Origin: a virus
Direction: 5' to 3' (one strand)
Virus record (IMG/VR): IMGVR_UViG_3300035698_021428
Length of the DNA: 49,956 nt
The translations under genes and the position numbers were made by a program. A model generated the notes under the pieces. It had not been told where the DNA came from, ran no database searches, and was given only the letters and a program-made list of their open reading frames with translations. This document shows, one piece after another, positions 23,437-32,743 of the stretch (positions are counted from its first letter, which is position 1; every line of letters starts with the position of its first letter).

Positions 23437-26127
23437 ATGCAAGACAATGATTCCGGCGCAATCCGAGGATCATCAGGCGATCTTTTGATCCCTGAAGGTT
23501 CATATGCTCATTTTTAAGGACTAACAACTGGCGCAATTTCGACCAAGGTTGGGCCTGCAAGCGTTTCGCAATCGGGGCAAGAACGTCCTGTTGCGTTCGA
23601 TCCAGCAAGGCGACAATTCATTGAAGTTAGCCGAGAAAGTTCGGTCAAACTCAATGTTATCGCTGATGAAACCAGTTATGTTATTCTTTCAAATCCGTGC
23701 ATTGCAGTCGCAGACGGCGATGACCAGCTTATTTTTCCAGGATCTTCGGACAAGATTCCCAATCAAGGTCTAGAGAGCGGTCGAAAAGTTGTGGTTCATG
23801 GACCTGTCGAATTTTCGCTTTGGCCTGGACAGACTGCAGAAGTTGTCCCGGGTCATGCTCTTCGCTCAAATGAATATCTTGAACTTGTTGTTTATGATGC
23901 TGATGAAGCAAAAGCCAACTGGGAATCAGCCTCCGTTGTTGAGACCAAGAAAACTGGCGGCGATAAAGAAGATAAAGATGATACGCAGGTTACGTCTACT
24001 GCCCCTGCTGATCTTCTTATGGGACAACGATTGGTTGTCAAGGGAACTGAGGTTTCATTCTATCGTCCTCCAACTGGTATACAGGTTGTTCAGAACGAAG
24101 ACAATATCTTTATTCGACAAGCTGTTTCCCTTGAATTACTTGAATACTGTATTCTTATCGACGAAAATGGCAACAAAAGGTATGAGAAGGGACCAGCAGT
24201 TGTTCTTCCTCGTCCATCTGAACGATTTGAAAAAAGCTCTAGAGGCAATAGAAAATTTAGAGCCATTGAGCTTCAAGACCAGGCAGGCGTTCATATCAAA
24301 GCGCTCAAGACCTACCAGGATGACGACGGAAAAGATCGCAAAGCTGGTGATGAATTCTTCTTGACGGGCAAAGATCGTCCTATCTACTACCCTCGCGAAG
24401 AAGAAGCCGTTATTCCTTATAGCGATGGCGAAAAGATTCACTTCGCTGTTGCGGTTCCCAAGGGGGAAGGCCGCTACGTTATGAATAAGACCACCGGTGA
24501 GATCGCAACGATCATCGGCCCCAAGATGCTTCTTTGCGATCCGACTAATGAAGTCATCGTTCGTCGCATCCTTACTGACAGACAAAGTAATGATTGGTAT
24601 CCTGGTAATGATAACTCTAGGCAATACAATCGCAATCTTCGAGAGATTCAGGAAGCTGCAGGAACGGCTGGTGATTTTGTTGACGATACATCAACACGGC
24701 AGGCAGCAACCAGGGGGCTTCATTCGCTGCGAGAAAAAGGCAATCCAAGAGTAGGCGGAGCTTCGTTCTCAAGTATGTCCGCTTCCGCCGGATCGGAACG
24801 AGGTTTTGAAAGCTTCGAACAAGCTGGTTCAGCAATGATGGGAGAACTAGATCGGCCATCAAGCTATACAGAACCCAAAAGCATTACTCTTGATACACGT
24901 TTTGCAGGAGTTCCTGGTATTGAGCTTTGGACAGGCTACACCGTTATGGTCGTTGACAGAGAAGGAAACCGCCGAATCGTCAGCGGTCCAACCAATATTC
25001 TGCTCAATTATGACGAGTCATTAGAAATCATAGAACTTTCTACCGGCAAACCAAAATCAACAAAAGGATTGATTCGCACAGTATATCTTCGCAGAGATAA
25101 TAATAAGGTTTCCGATTATGTTGAAGTTGAGACAAAAGACCATGTGAAAGTACAAGTAAAACTGTCATTCCTGGTCAATTTTGTTGAAGACAATCCTAAT
25201 GACGATCAGGATGATACCGATTATCAAGAGCGTTGGTTTGCTAGCGAAAACTATGTCAAGCTTCTTTGCGATCATGTTCGCTCGATTCTTAAGGGCGAAG
25301 CTAAAAAGCACGATATCAATAACTTTTATATCAACTCAACATCTATCATCAGAGATATCATTCTTGGTAATCGTCAGGAAGATGGCAGAACAGGTATGTT
25401 CTTTGAACATAATGGTATGCATGTTATCGATGTTGAGGTTCTTGGAACAGAAATTCTTGATCACAGCATTGCTTCGCTACTTACTGGCTCTCAGCGAGAA
25501 GCAGTTGAATCAAGTATTCGTCTTCAGTCTGCCGAAAGAACGCTTAATGTAACTGAGCAAATGGAAGCGATGTCTCGTAAAGAAGCAGTTGCTAAGAATG
25601 AGACCAAGAAGCACGCACACGATCTAACGATAGAAAGCATTGGAAGAACTCTGAAGGAGTCCCTAGCAGACATATCTTCAGAACAAGACAAGTCCGTTCA
25701 TAGGCTTACTGCTCGTACTGCCGAAGCTGAAGCTACTAAAATGGCAAACGTTATTGAGGCCGAAGCTGCGGTCGCAGGAAGCGAGATTGAGCGAGAAGAT
25801 CAGAAACTCGATCATGAACAGAAAATCTTAGAAGCAGAAGAAATAGCTAGGCTTGACAAGGAAGCGATTGAAACCGAAGTCAAGGCCACAGTTGATAAGC
25901 TCAAGGCCCTTGAAGGTTCGGGGTTGACCGACGTTCTTGCTACGCTTGGTCGAGAAGACTTCTTGACCCGTATAGCTGAATCCAGCAATCTTGAACGATT
26001 GATTGGCGGAGCTAGCGTCCAAGATACTTTGACCGGAATTTTCGGCGTTGAGTCGCCTATTGCTAAGGCGTTCGTTGCTATCAAGGCAGGAAAGCCGCTT
26101 GCTCAATCTTTGCTCAATAGCGACTAG
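23437..26127 (+). CDS. major vault protein (MVP) homolog: vault repeats, SPFH-like shoulder and cap-helix (~896 codons) with one in-frame TAA at 23515-23517
   Basis: GGAGA RBS plus ATG 23437. 'LLIPEGSYAHF*GLTTGAISTKVGP..ERPVAF' vs human MVP '[25 protein letters not shown]..ERVLF'. 'GDEFFLTGKDRPIYYPREEEAVI' vs '[21 protein letters not shown]'. 'YVMNKTTGEIATIIGPKMLL' vs '[20 protein letters not shown]'. E/A/K-rich C-terminal helix. The track ORF 23791 starts at an internal GTG. Confidence 0.8.
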
Positions 26128-26158
26128 TAACGGCTGATATCAGCGATGATACGATTCA

Positions 26159-26188
26159 GAGCCTCCGTCTTTTGGCGGGGGCTCTTTT
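26159..26188 (+). terminator. rho-independent terminator after the MVP gene
   Basis: Stem gagcctccgtc/ggcgggggctc, loop tttt, then TTTT. Confidence 0.8.
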
Positions 26189-26302
26189 ATTTGTGTATCA
26201 TGTGAATAAAATATATGATAGAATAAACTTTGTACTAAAAGGCGGACAAGGCGCTGCCACTGACGAGGAAAATGTGCCGATGGGATAGTAGAACAATAAA
26301 CT

Positions 26303-26655
26303 GGGGGCGATATGGAATCGCTTCAGTAGGGTAGGAAGGATTGTTGCGAGCCGGGGAACCATGCTTAGGCCCCGTAAAAAAGTATGGAATAATTAGTTGC
26401 CAACAGCAACCCACTCCGCATCGCTGCTTGACAGCGGTGCCTGCAAGTCCTGAACGCCGATACGGGATACGCAGAAGATTTTCGGCTGGTCGTCTGAACA
26501 ACTGTTTCAACCAACAGACGATGAGATAAAGGATGAGACCGCTCCCTGTCGCAGACTGTCGCTGGTCGGCTAGGGGCTAAGATAAAACATCGACTACGCT
26601 CGTAGAAACGCCCAACAAACTACTGAACACGGCGGTTCGAATCCGCCCGCCTCCA
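26303..26655 (+). ncRNA. ssrA: tmRNA (SsrA), tag ANSNPLRIAA
   Basis: 5' GGGGGCGAUAUGGAAUCGC.. pairs with 3' ..GGCGGUUCGAAUCCGCCCGCCUCCA (G3:U70, T arm). The tag ORF GCC AAC AGC AAC CCA CTC CGC ATC GCT GCT TGA lies at 26399-26431. Confidence 0.85.
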
Positions 26656-26664
26656 TTTAGAAAG

Positions 26665-26690
26665 CCCGTATCCGCAAGGATGCGGGTTTT
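26665..26690 (+). terminator. rho-independent terminator after tmRNA
   Basis: cccgtatcc-gcaa-ggatgcggg followed by TTTT. Confidence 0.85.
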
Positions 26691-26760
26691 CTTTTGCGCA
26701 AATAAAATCTTCAGGTGCCCAGACGGTTATGTATAATGCATTTTATCAAGGAGCCAACAA

Positions 26761-26994
26761 ATGCGATTCATTCAATGGTTTATGCAATTGTTTATCGTTC
26801 CTCCTAAATCAAAACAGAAAAGAGCGTGCCTGGCCTGCGGCTGCATAGGAGACTATAACGATACTTCCTGGCACTGTTCTGTCGCTTCTATTGGGAGAAA
26901 TATTATAGAAGATGATTTTTGTCCTGATTGCAAAATAATGATTATTGAAAAATATGGCGAAGATATTCTTACACCAGTCGTTACTAGCAAGTGA
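26761..26994 (+). CDS. small zinc-ribbon-like protein (77 aa)
   Basis: AGGAG RBS. 'CLACGC...CPDC'. Confidence 0.55.
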   Translation: MRFIQWFMQLFIVPPKSKQKRACLACGCIGDYNDTSWHCSVASIGRNIIEDDFCPDCKIMIIEKYGEDILTPVVTSK

Positions 26995-27019
26995 TAGTAG
27001 CTCTTGTTATAATGTATCC

Positions 27020-27337
27020 ATGAATATCATCACTATCAACGGCAGACGATTTGAGGTCGAAGGAAATAATGTTTCCATTAGCAACGGGTGCGTGTCTGTT
27101 GATGGCAATCATGTTCTTGAGATATCAGGCGATATTAAAATCAAATGGCAAGGAGACCTGGCTAACCTGGAATGCGATAGATCAGTTAACTGCCATGATA
27201 TTAAGGGGAATGCATCTGCCGGCGGTTCTATCAATTGCGGCGATGTCAATGGCTCTGTTAAGGCCGGCGGCTCTGTCAACTGCGATGATGTAGGCAAATC
27301 TGTTAGCGCTGGCGGCTCTGTCAGAACGAATCAGTAA
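27020..27337 (+). CDS. beta-helix repeat protein, bactofilin-like (105 aa)
   Basis: Repeats 'AGGSINCGDVNGSVKAGGSVNCDDVGKSVSAGGSV'. TATAAT at 27008-27013 lies 6 nt before the ATG and there is no SD. Confidence 0.45.
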   Translation: MNIITINGRRFEVEGNNVSISNGCVSVDGNHVLEISGDIKIKWQGDLANLECDRSVNCHDIKGNASAGGSINCGDVNGSVKAGGSVNCDDVGKSVSAGGSVRTNQ

Positions 27338-27400
27338 AAGAGGTTGTTTAGGGCTGGATCAGTATTACTCTTTAGTGGATTATCGCTAAGGAGATATATT

Positions 27401-28564
27401 ATGGGTAGATTCCAAGACCTGATCGCAACTTCTGGTAGTATTGTAAATCTCAAAAATAAATTAGCATCTAAAGATGTTACTCCGAATAGAACTATTTTCT
27501 CTGCGCAGCTTCTTGCAAAACAAAAAGCCATTGTAGGTAAAGCTGTAGTTTCTATGCCTTTTACTGGCGTCAATCAACCGATTGAGCATCCAGATTTTAC
27601 TTACGACTATTTCATTAGCAATTTCTATTCTATGTGGCTCACCGGAACAAGCGATAATTTTGATAATATGAGTATGGGATGGGGAATTCCTACCAGAGGT
27701 TATCCTTACTTCTTTGATAATCTTATTCAACCGCTTATAGATAAAGGTTGTAAACGGTTTCATATCCATCTTCCTCACGGAAGACTGACGCCAGGAGTCA
27801 TGGATTTTTCTTCTTTGCTTCTTGCTATGGAAAACGGAAAGGATTTTGCTTACGAAGGTTTTTACGAAGCATTAGATGAAATTTATCTAAGCAATCCAGA
27901 TATAGTTTTTCTTTTGTACTTCGGGACAGTTCGTCTTGAGCGATATTTTCGAGATGCGCTTGACGAAAATAGGGTTGGAGATTGGATCAATAGAGCAATT
28001 GATAGCATTTTACCTGCTATTCATTCTCCGAATGTAGACATAGGGTTTGATGCTCCAATGGGAGATCCTGCTTCTTGGCCTCAAGATAATCCGGTATATC
28101 ATTTTATATCTTTAGTCAGGGCTCTTAAAGCAGAGCAAGGACGAGAAGTATATGTTGAGCCCCGACAACATGCTACAGGAACAAATTGGTTTGATTTCAA
28201 TGTTCTTAGCATAGAATCATTTTGGAACAGATCTGATCCTGATAGACATCAGGATGCTTCATGGGCAATTCATAACGGAGATATTCAAGCAAATGTTCTT
28301 CGAATGGATCTAACTCCTCTTCCGAAAGAAAACGGAGTAGTAACAGATTGGAGAACCTGGCTTCCCCAAAGAATTTCATCCATCATGATTGAAGACAAAT
28401 CCGGCAAACATCCATACATACATTCTCATGGACTTCATAGAGTTGCTGTCATGAATCCTCCTTCAACGGGTTCATATGGCCCCTTGGCAGAAAATATGAG
28501 AGAAATCTACGAAGCGACTATATCGTATGCTCAAGCCAATGGATCTTTATCTCCAATACAATAA
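27401..28564 (+). CDS. hypothetical protein (387 aa)
   Basis: AAGGAG RBS plus ATG 27401. No motif recognised. Confidence 0.65.
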   Translation: MGRFQDLIATSGSIVNLKNKLASKDVTPNRTIFSAQLLAKQKAIVGKAVVSMPFTGVNQPIEHPDFTYDYFISNFYSMWLTGTSDNFDNMSMGWGIPTRGYPYFFDNLIQPLIDKGCKRFHIHLPHGRLTPGVMDFSSLLLAMENGKDFAYEGFYEALDEIYLSNPDIVFLLYFGTVRLERYFRDALDENRVGDWINRAIDSILPAIHSPNVDIGFDAPMGDPASWPQDNPVYHFISLVRALKAEQGREVYVEPRQHATGTNWFDFNVLSIESFWNRSDPDRHQDASWAIHNGDIQANVLRMDLTPLPKENGVVTDWRTWLPQRISSIMIEDKSGKHPYIHSHGLHRVAVMNPPSTGSYGPLAENMREIYEATISYAQANGSLSPIQ

Positions 28565-28831
28565 TATATTACTTCCTGTAAGTTACAGAAGCCTAGCTGA
28601 ATACCGCCTCGAATAGGGGTTGTAGACAGTTTTTATTGGCGTGGAATAGTAGGTAGATGCCTTTTGGCTCGCCGATACATCTGAATCACTAGTAATAGCT
28701 AGCTTATTTTCAATATGGCTAGCAGGTGAATCAAATTCGACTAAACTTGTCGAACCATGAATCGTCGAACAGGGCTTGCGGCGGAGCCGCTGTTCGTATA
28801 CAAACCGACGCCGCAACAGGAGTGCGAAAGC

Positions 28832-30064
28832 ATGCGACTCAATAAGCTCAGTACGAGCATGACAATCATTGGAATGCTGTCTGCTGCATCTGCCTTTGCG
28901 CAGGATGGTGCCCAGGTCACGAATAGCGAGGACCATCAACGTATGATGTCATCTGAAATAATGAATGACGCAGTATCCCGCAGCGGTACACAATCTGGTC
29001 ATAATGGAAACGGATTCTTTTTCTCAGATCCCGATAGAGACTTCACCCTTAACATCGATGGACAGCTTCAGTTTCGCTACTATGCGAACTTTACTGACAT
29101 GGGAAAAACGGACACAACAACTGGTTTTGAGACGGCTCGAACAAAATTGAGATTTAGCGGCGATGTCAACACCTTCGATTATACAGTTGAAGGTGTTTTT
29201 GCTCCGTCAGGCGGCGGGTTTATGCTGCAAGACGCATTCTTCGGTCACTCTCTAGGTAGCAATGCCAACGTTCAGGTTGGTCAGTTTACGCTACCATTCA
29301 TGCGAGAACAGAACGTTGACAGTAGATATCAGCTTGCTGTTGAACGATCAGTTACCGATGCCGTATTTAATCAGGGCAGAGGCCAGGGTTTGCAGTTGAC
29401 GTTTACTCCTGTGGATATGGATAATGTTCGCTTTACAGCGGCATTCAGCGATGGGTTTAGCACGGCTAACACAGCGTACACATCTTCAATGGAAGCTGAT
29501 TACGCAATTACTGGTCGTTTAGATTGGCTCGCCGCAGGCGAATGGTCTCAGTTCGACGACTTTACTTCTCAACAAGATGAAGATTTTGGTTTCCTTGTAG
29601 GCCTTGCTGGTCACCTGCAGGAAGGCGGCGAAACTGGCGGAACTATGGACACTAAAATGTTCAGTTATACTGCAGATGCTAGCGTTGAGAATGGAGGGTT
29701 CAGTGCCTTTGTTTCAGGCGTTACTCGTTCTACCGAAACTACGGCAACTGAGTTCGATGATTTCGGGCTGGTCGCTCAAAGCGGTTTTAGGGTTACTGAA
29801 AAAGATGAACTATTCGCTCGATGGGATGCTGTCTACGCTGATAGCGATCGTGGTCTTACGAATGATGAGTTCAACTATCTGACCGCTGGCTACAATAGGT
29901 ATCTTGCTGGACACTCAGCTAAGTTCACAGCCGATGTTGTTTATGCTGTTGATGATACTGCTGGTATCGGAAGTCTGACCTCATCCCTTGGCGGACTTGG
30001 AATAATGAGCAGCATGGAAAGCGAAGATGTAGCCTTACGAGTACAGCTACAGCTTCTTTTCTGA
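28832..30064 (+). CDS. outer-membrane beta-barrel porin (porin O/P-like), 410 aa
   Basis: Signal peptide 'MRLNKLSTSMTIIGMLSAASAFA|QDG'. Alternating beta-strand pattern 'FTLNIDGQLQFRYYANF'. C-terminal '...LRVQLQLLF' with terminal Phe. Confidence 0.75.
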   Translation: MRLNKLSTSMTIIGMLSAASAFAQDGAQVTNSEDHQRMMSSEIMNDAVSRSGTQSGHNGNGFFFSDPDRDFTLNIDGQLQFRYYANFTDMGKTDTTTGFETARTKLRFSGDVNTFDYTVEGVFAPSGGGFMLQDAFFGHSLGSNANVQVGQFTLPFMREQNVDSRYQLAVERSVTDAVFNQGRGQGLQLTFTPVDMDNVRFTAAFSDGFSTANTAYTSSMEADYAITGRLDWLAAGEWSQFDDFTSQQDEDFGFLVGLAGHLQEGGETGGTMDTKMFSYTADASVENGGFSAFVSGVTRSTETTATEFDDFGLVAQSGFRVTEKDELFARWDAVYADSDRGLTNDEFNYLTAGYNRYLAGHSAKFTADVVYAVDDTAGIGSLTSSLGGLGIMSSMESEDVALRVQLQLLF

Positions 30065-30094
30065 TCTGATAGCGACATCTAAATCGTATTTGAG

Positions 30095-30131
30095 CGACGG
30101 GCTGCACGGATTGCGGCTCGTCGTTTCTTTT
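30095..30131 (+). terminator. rho-independent terminator after the porin gene
   Basis: Stem cgacgggctgc/gcggctcgtcg, then TTTCTTTT. Confidence 0.7.
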
Positions 30132-30197
30132 AACTGGTGTAGCTTTTTTTTGATATGATACACGCTTGATAGCAAAGCATATAGAAAAGGAAATGAA

Positions 30198-30446
30198 ATG
30201 CCTTACGATCCTCGACATCATTCTGAAGGCGGTAATAGGTCTACGACCAATGACGATCTTCAGGCACTAACTGGAGAATACAGAGTTGTTCTGGTAGACA
30301 CTTTCGATGGTAGCGATTGTGTTATCGGGAATTATAAAGACCTTGACGAAGCTACTAAAATAGCTGATAAAAAAGGCGGGCAAATGACTATTGTATATGT
30401 CTATGATAGCGCAGGAAAGATAGTATATAGCGCAGGTAGTTTTTAA
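30198..30446 (+). CDS. hypothetical protein (82 aa)
   Basis: AAGGAAA RBS plus ATG. Confidence 0.55.
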   Translation: MPYDPRHHSEGGNRSTTNDDLQALTGEYRVVLVDTFDGSDCVIGNYKDLDEATKIADKKGGQMTIVYVYDSAGKIVYSAGSF

Positions 30447-30700
30447 TGTTTTCAAATAGCTTGATTCGTATTCGTCATTTACAATTAAGCGAAATTCGCG
30501 CCCGTCTCATTCGTACTCGAAAGTTACTCACTCTATCTGATTCTCCAAAGACAAACAAAGAAATCATGACACAAATGTTTCTTAACCAACAGATTATGGC
30601 CGAGATGTTCGAAGGGCTTCTTCCTGAGCTTCCTGCCTCGTCAAACAACGAAGATATCACCGAGCAATCGGAATCTTTTAAGGAAGTTATTCAGGCCTAA
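30446..30700 (+). CDS. hypothetical protein (84 aa)
   Basis: TAATG coupling to the previous gene. Confidence 0.5.
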   Translation: MFSNSLIRIRHLQLSEIRARLIRTRKLLTLSDSPKTNKEIMTQMFLNQQIMAEMFEGLLPELPASSNNEDITEQSESFKEVIQA

Positions 30701-30722
30701 AGACAAAAGTACAGGAGTAGTT

Positions 30723-30977
30723 ATGAATAGCGATAAAAAGAATATGCCAACAAATATGGCATATCGAGATGTAGACTGGTCTATTGTTTATGAAGTAGAG
30801 AAAATTTGCACGGTTAGCGAAACTATTGTTATCAATTTTATCAACGGCAAAAGTTTTCGTGTTGCGCTACCAGGGGTTTTAATGAAGGCTATGATTCAAC
30901 ATGGTGTAGATAAAGCCGAAAAACTCTTCATTGAACAAGACCTTGATCGGGATGATAAAGAGCACGGGCTTTACTAG
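30723..30977 (+). CDS. hypothetical protein (84 aa)
   Basis: AGGAG RBS plus ATG. Confidence 0.55.
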   Translation: MNSDKKNMPTNMAYRDVDWSIVYEVEKICTVSETIVINFINGKSFRVALPGVLMKAMIQHGVDKAEKLFIEQDLDRDDKEHGLY

Positions 30978-31079
30978 TTAATATCTGCTCAAATCGTCAA
31001 AAACAAGCCACTGACGATCATCTGGTGAAGTCTTTTTGGATAGAATAACGTTTTCGATTCCTAGATAAGAAAGACCCTA

Positions 31080-32729
31080 ATGGCAACCAAACTTGGAAAA
31101 GGCGAGTATCCCAGCGATCATTCGCCAGAAGACTTTAAATGCTTTGGCCCTCCTGCTCAGGAAGACGGTCAGTTTGACGGCATGATGATGGCTGACATGG
31201 GCTGCTTCAAGCAAGATGGTACAGATTCCAACAAATTCTACCATGGCGCAGTTGTTCAATCCAAAAAAGATGATAGCTGGTATGCCTACTATGAATGGGG
31301 CAGAACTGGGAAAGGTTCTTCTGATAAGCAATTCGTTTGTTGTTCGTCGAAAGAAGAAGCTGAACAAGTATTCTGCAAGCAGATGCACTCCAAAAATGAC
31401 AAGCGAGGCGAATGGGTCAAGATAGGCAGTAAAGACATTCTAAGAGCGAAGACAGGCAAAGACTGCTACCTTATCCGTCCGCTCGCAAAGCGATCTCATG
31501 GCCTTCCAGACGCTCAGACAATCGTCCATGACGATAGCGGCAAAGCTGGCAGCGCCGTCGCTAAGAAAACAACCAAAAAGACCGGAAAGAAAACCAGCAA
31601 AAAGATTGCTAAGAAAAAATCAAACGTTGATCCAAAGACTCTTAGTCTTATGAAGGATATGAACGTTGCAGCGGTTGAATTTACTCGCTCGCAGGTTGAT
31701 AGCGATGCAGTCCCAACTCAAGGCGTTATCGATGAAGGCAGAGATGTTCTTATCGAAGCGGAAAAAAGAGTTAAGAAAATTGGATCAAAGCTTGAAGAAC
31801 AAATTAGCGATAGAGACCTTCGAGATCTAACGTATCATCTCTATTCTCGAATCGGGAAGCCAAAGCCTCTCAATACGCTTGAATCTGCCTGGATTCTTTC
31901 TCAAGACAACATCATGCGTTGGCGAATGGACCTTGATACATTTGAGCAGGCATTATATGCTCTTGACCTAGGCATTGGCAGCGATACTCAGAATACCTTT
32001 GATCCGTTCAATGGCATGAATATTGAGATGATTCATCTCGACCCGACTAAAACGGCTGAAGGTCAATTTATTCACAATTGGATGCCTGGCGCAACGAAAA
32101 ACGTCCACGGGCACGTTGGCGACATGAGTATTGTCAACGCATGGGGCGTTCGTCAAACTGATTTTGCACCAAAATTTGAAGCAACTGCTGCAAAGATTGG
32201 TAATCGCAATTTCACCCCATCTGACAAACCTATCAAGCAGCCCCGAAAACGATCTGATATCTCGCCAGAAATGGCTAAACTATTCGATCAAGCAAATGTC
32301 AATCTCTTATTCCATGGAACAAGATCTGTCAATGTTCCTGGCATTCTTCGCACAGGGCTAAGGCTCCCCAGAGAGCTTGTTGGAGTTGTCCTTACTGGCG
32401 CAATGTTTGGACCCGGTATCTATTGGGCCGATGATTGGAAAAAATCAGACGGTTACACTTCTCGACCAGGAACTTATTGGTCAAGAGGCGGGGGACAGGT
32501 CAAAGGTCGCAAGGCTTTTATGTTTGTTGCCAATGTTGCTCTTGGCAATCCTCATATTGCTCGCGGTCCTCAAGGATATACTGCTCCGCCGAAAGGTTGC
32601 GATTGTGTTGCAGGTCTTGCTAATAAGAGCAGCGTAGCCAACAACGAATGGATTGTTTACGACAGTATGCAAAATTCTCTTACATATCTTATTGAATACG
32701 AAGTTTCAGGCAGCAGCCGTCGCTGGTAA
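31080..32729 (+). CDS. poly(ADP-ribose) polymerase-like protein: WGR, Lys-rich linker, helical regulatory domain and PARP catalytic domain (549 aa)
   Basis: WGR 'FYHGAVVQSKKDDSWYAYYEWGRTGKG'. Linker 'AKKTTKKTGKKTSKKIAKKKS'. Catalytic H-Y-E triad: 'LLFHGTRSVNVPGIL', 'FGPGIYWADDW' and 'NNEWIVYDSMQNSLTYLIEYEV' (PARP1: '[22 protein letters not shown]'). Confidence 0.9.
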   Translation: MATKLGKGEYPSDHSPEDFKCFGPPAQEDGQFDGMMMADMGCFKQDGTDSNKFYHGAVVQSKKDDSWYAYYEWGRTGKGSSDKQFVCCSSKEEAEQVFCKQMHSKNDKRGEWVKIGSKDILRAKTGKDCYLIRPLAKRSHGLPDAQTIVHDDSGKAGSAVAKKTTKKTGKKTSKKIAKKKSNVDPKTLSLMKDMNVAAVEFTRSQVDSDAVPTQGVIDEGRDVLIEAEKRVKKIGSKLEEQISDRDLRDLTYHLYSRIGKPKPLNTLESAWILSQDNIMRWRMDLDTFEQALYALDLGIGSDTQNTFDPFNGMNIEMIHLDPTKTAEGQFIHNWMPGATKNVHGHVGDMSIVNAWGVRQTDFAPKFEATAAKIGNRNFTPSDKPIKQPRKRSDISPEMAKLFDQANVNLLFHGTRSVNVPGILRTGLRLPRELVGVVLTGAMFGPGIYWADDWKKSDGYTSRPGTYWSRGGGQVKGRKAFMFVANVALGNPHIARGPQGYTAPPKGCDCVAGLANKSSVANNEWIVYDSMQNSLTYLIEYEVSGSSRRW

Positions 32730-32743
32730 AAATTAGGAAAATT

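Noticed and set aside
26235-26529. ORFs 26235..26510 (-) and 26341..26529 (+)
   Set aside because: Both overlap the tmRNA gene. Their open frames are a by-product of the GC-rich structured RNA.
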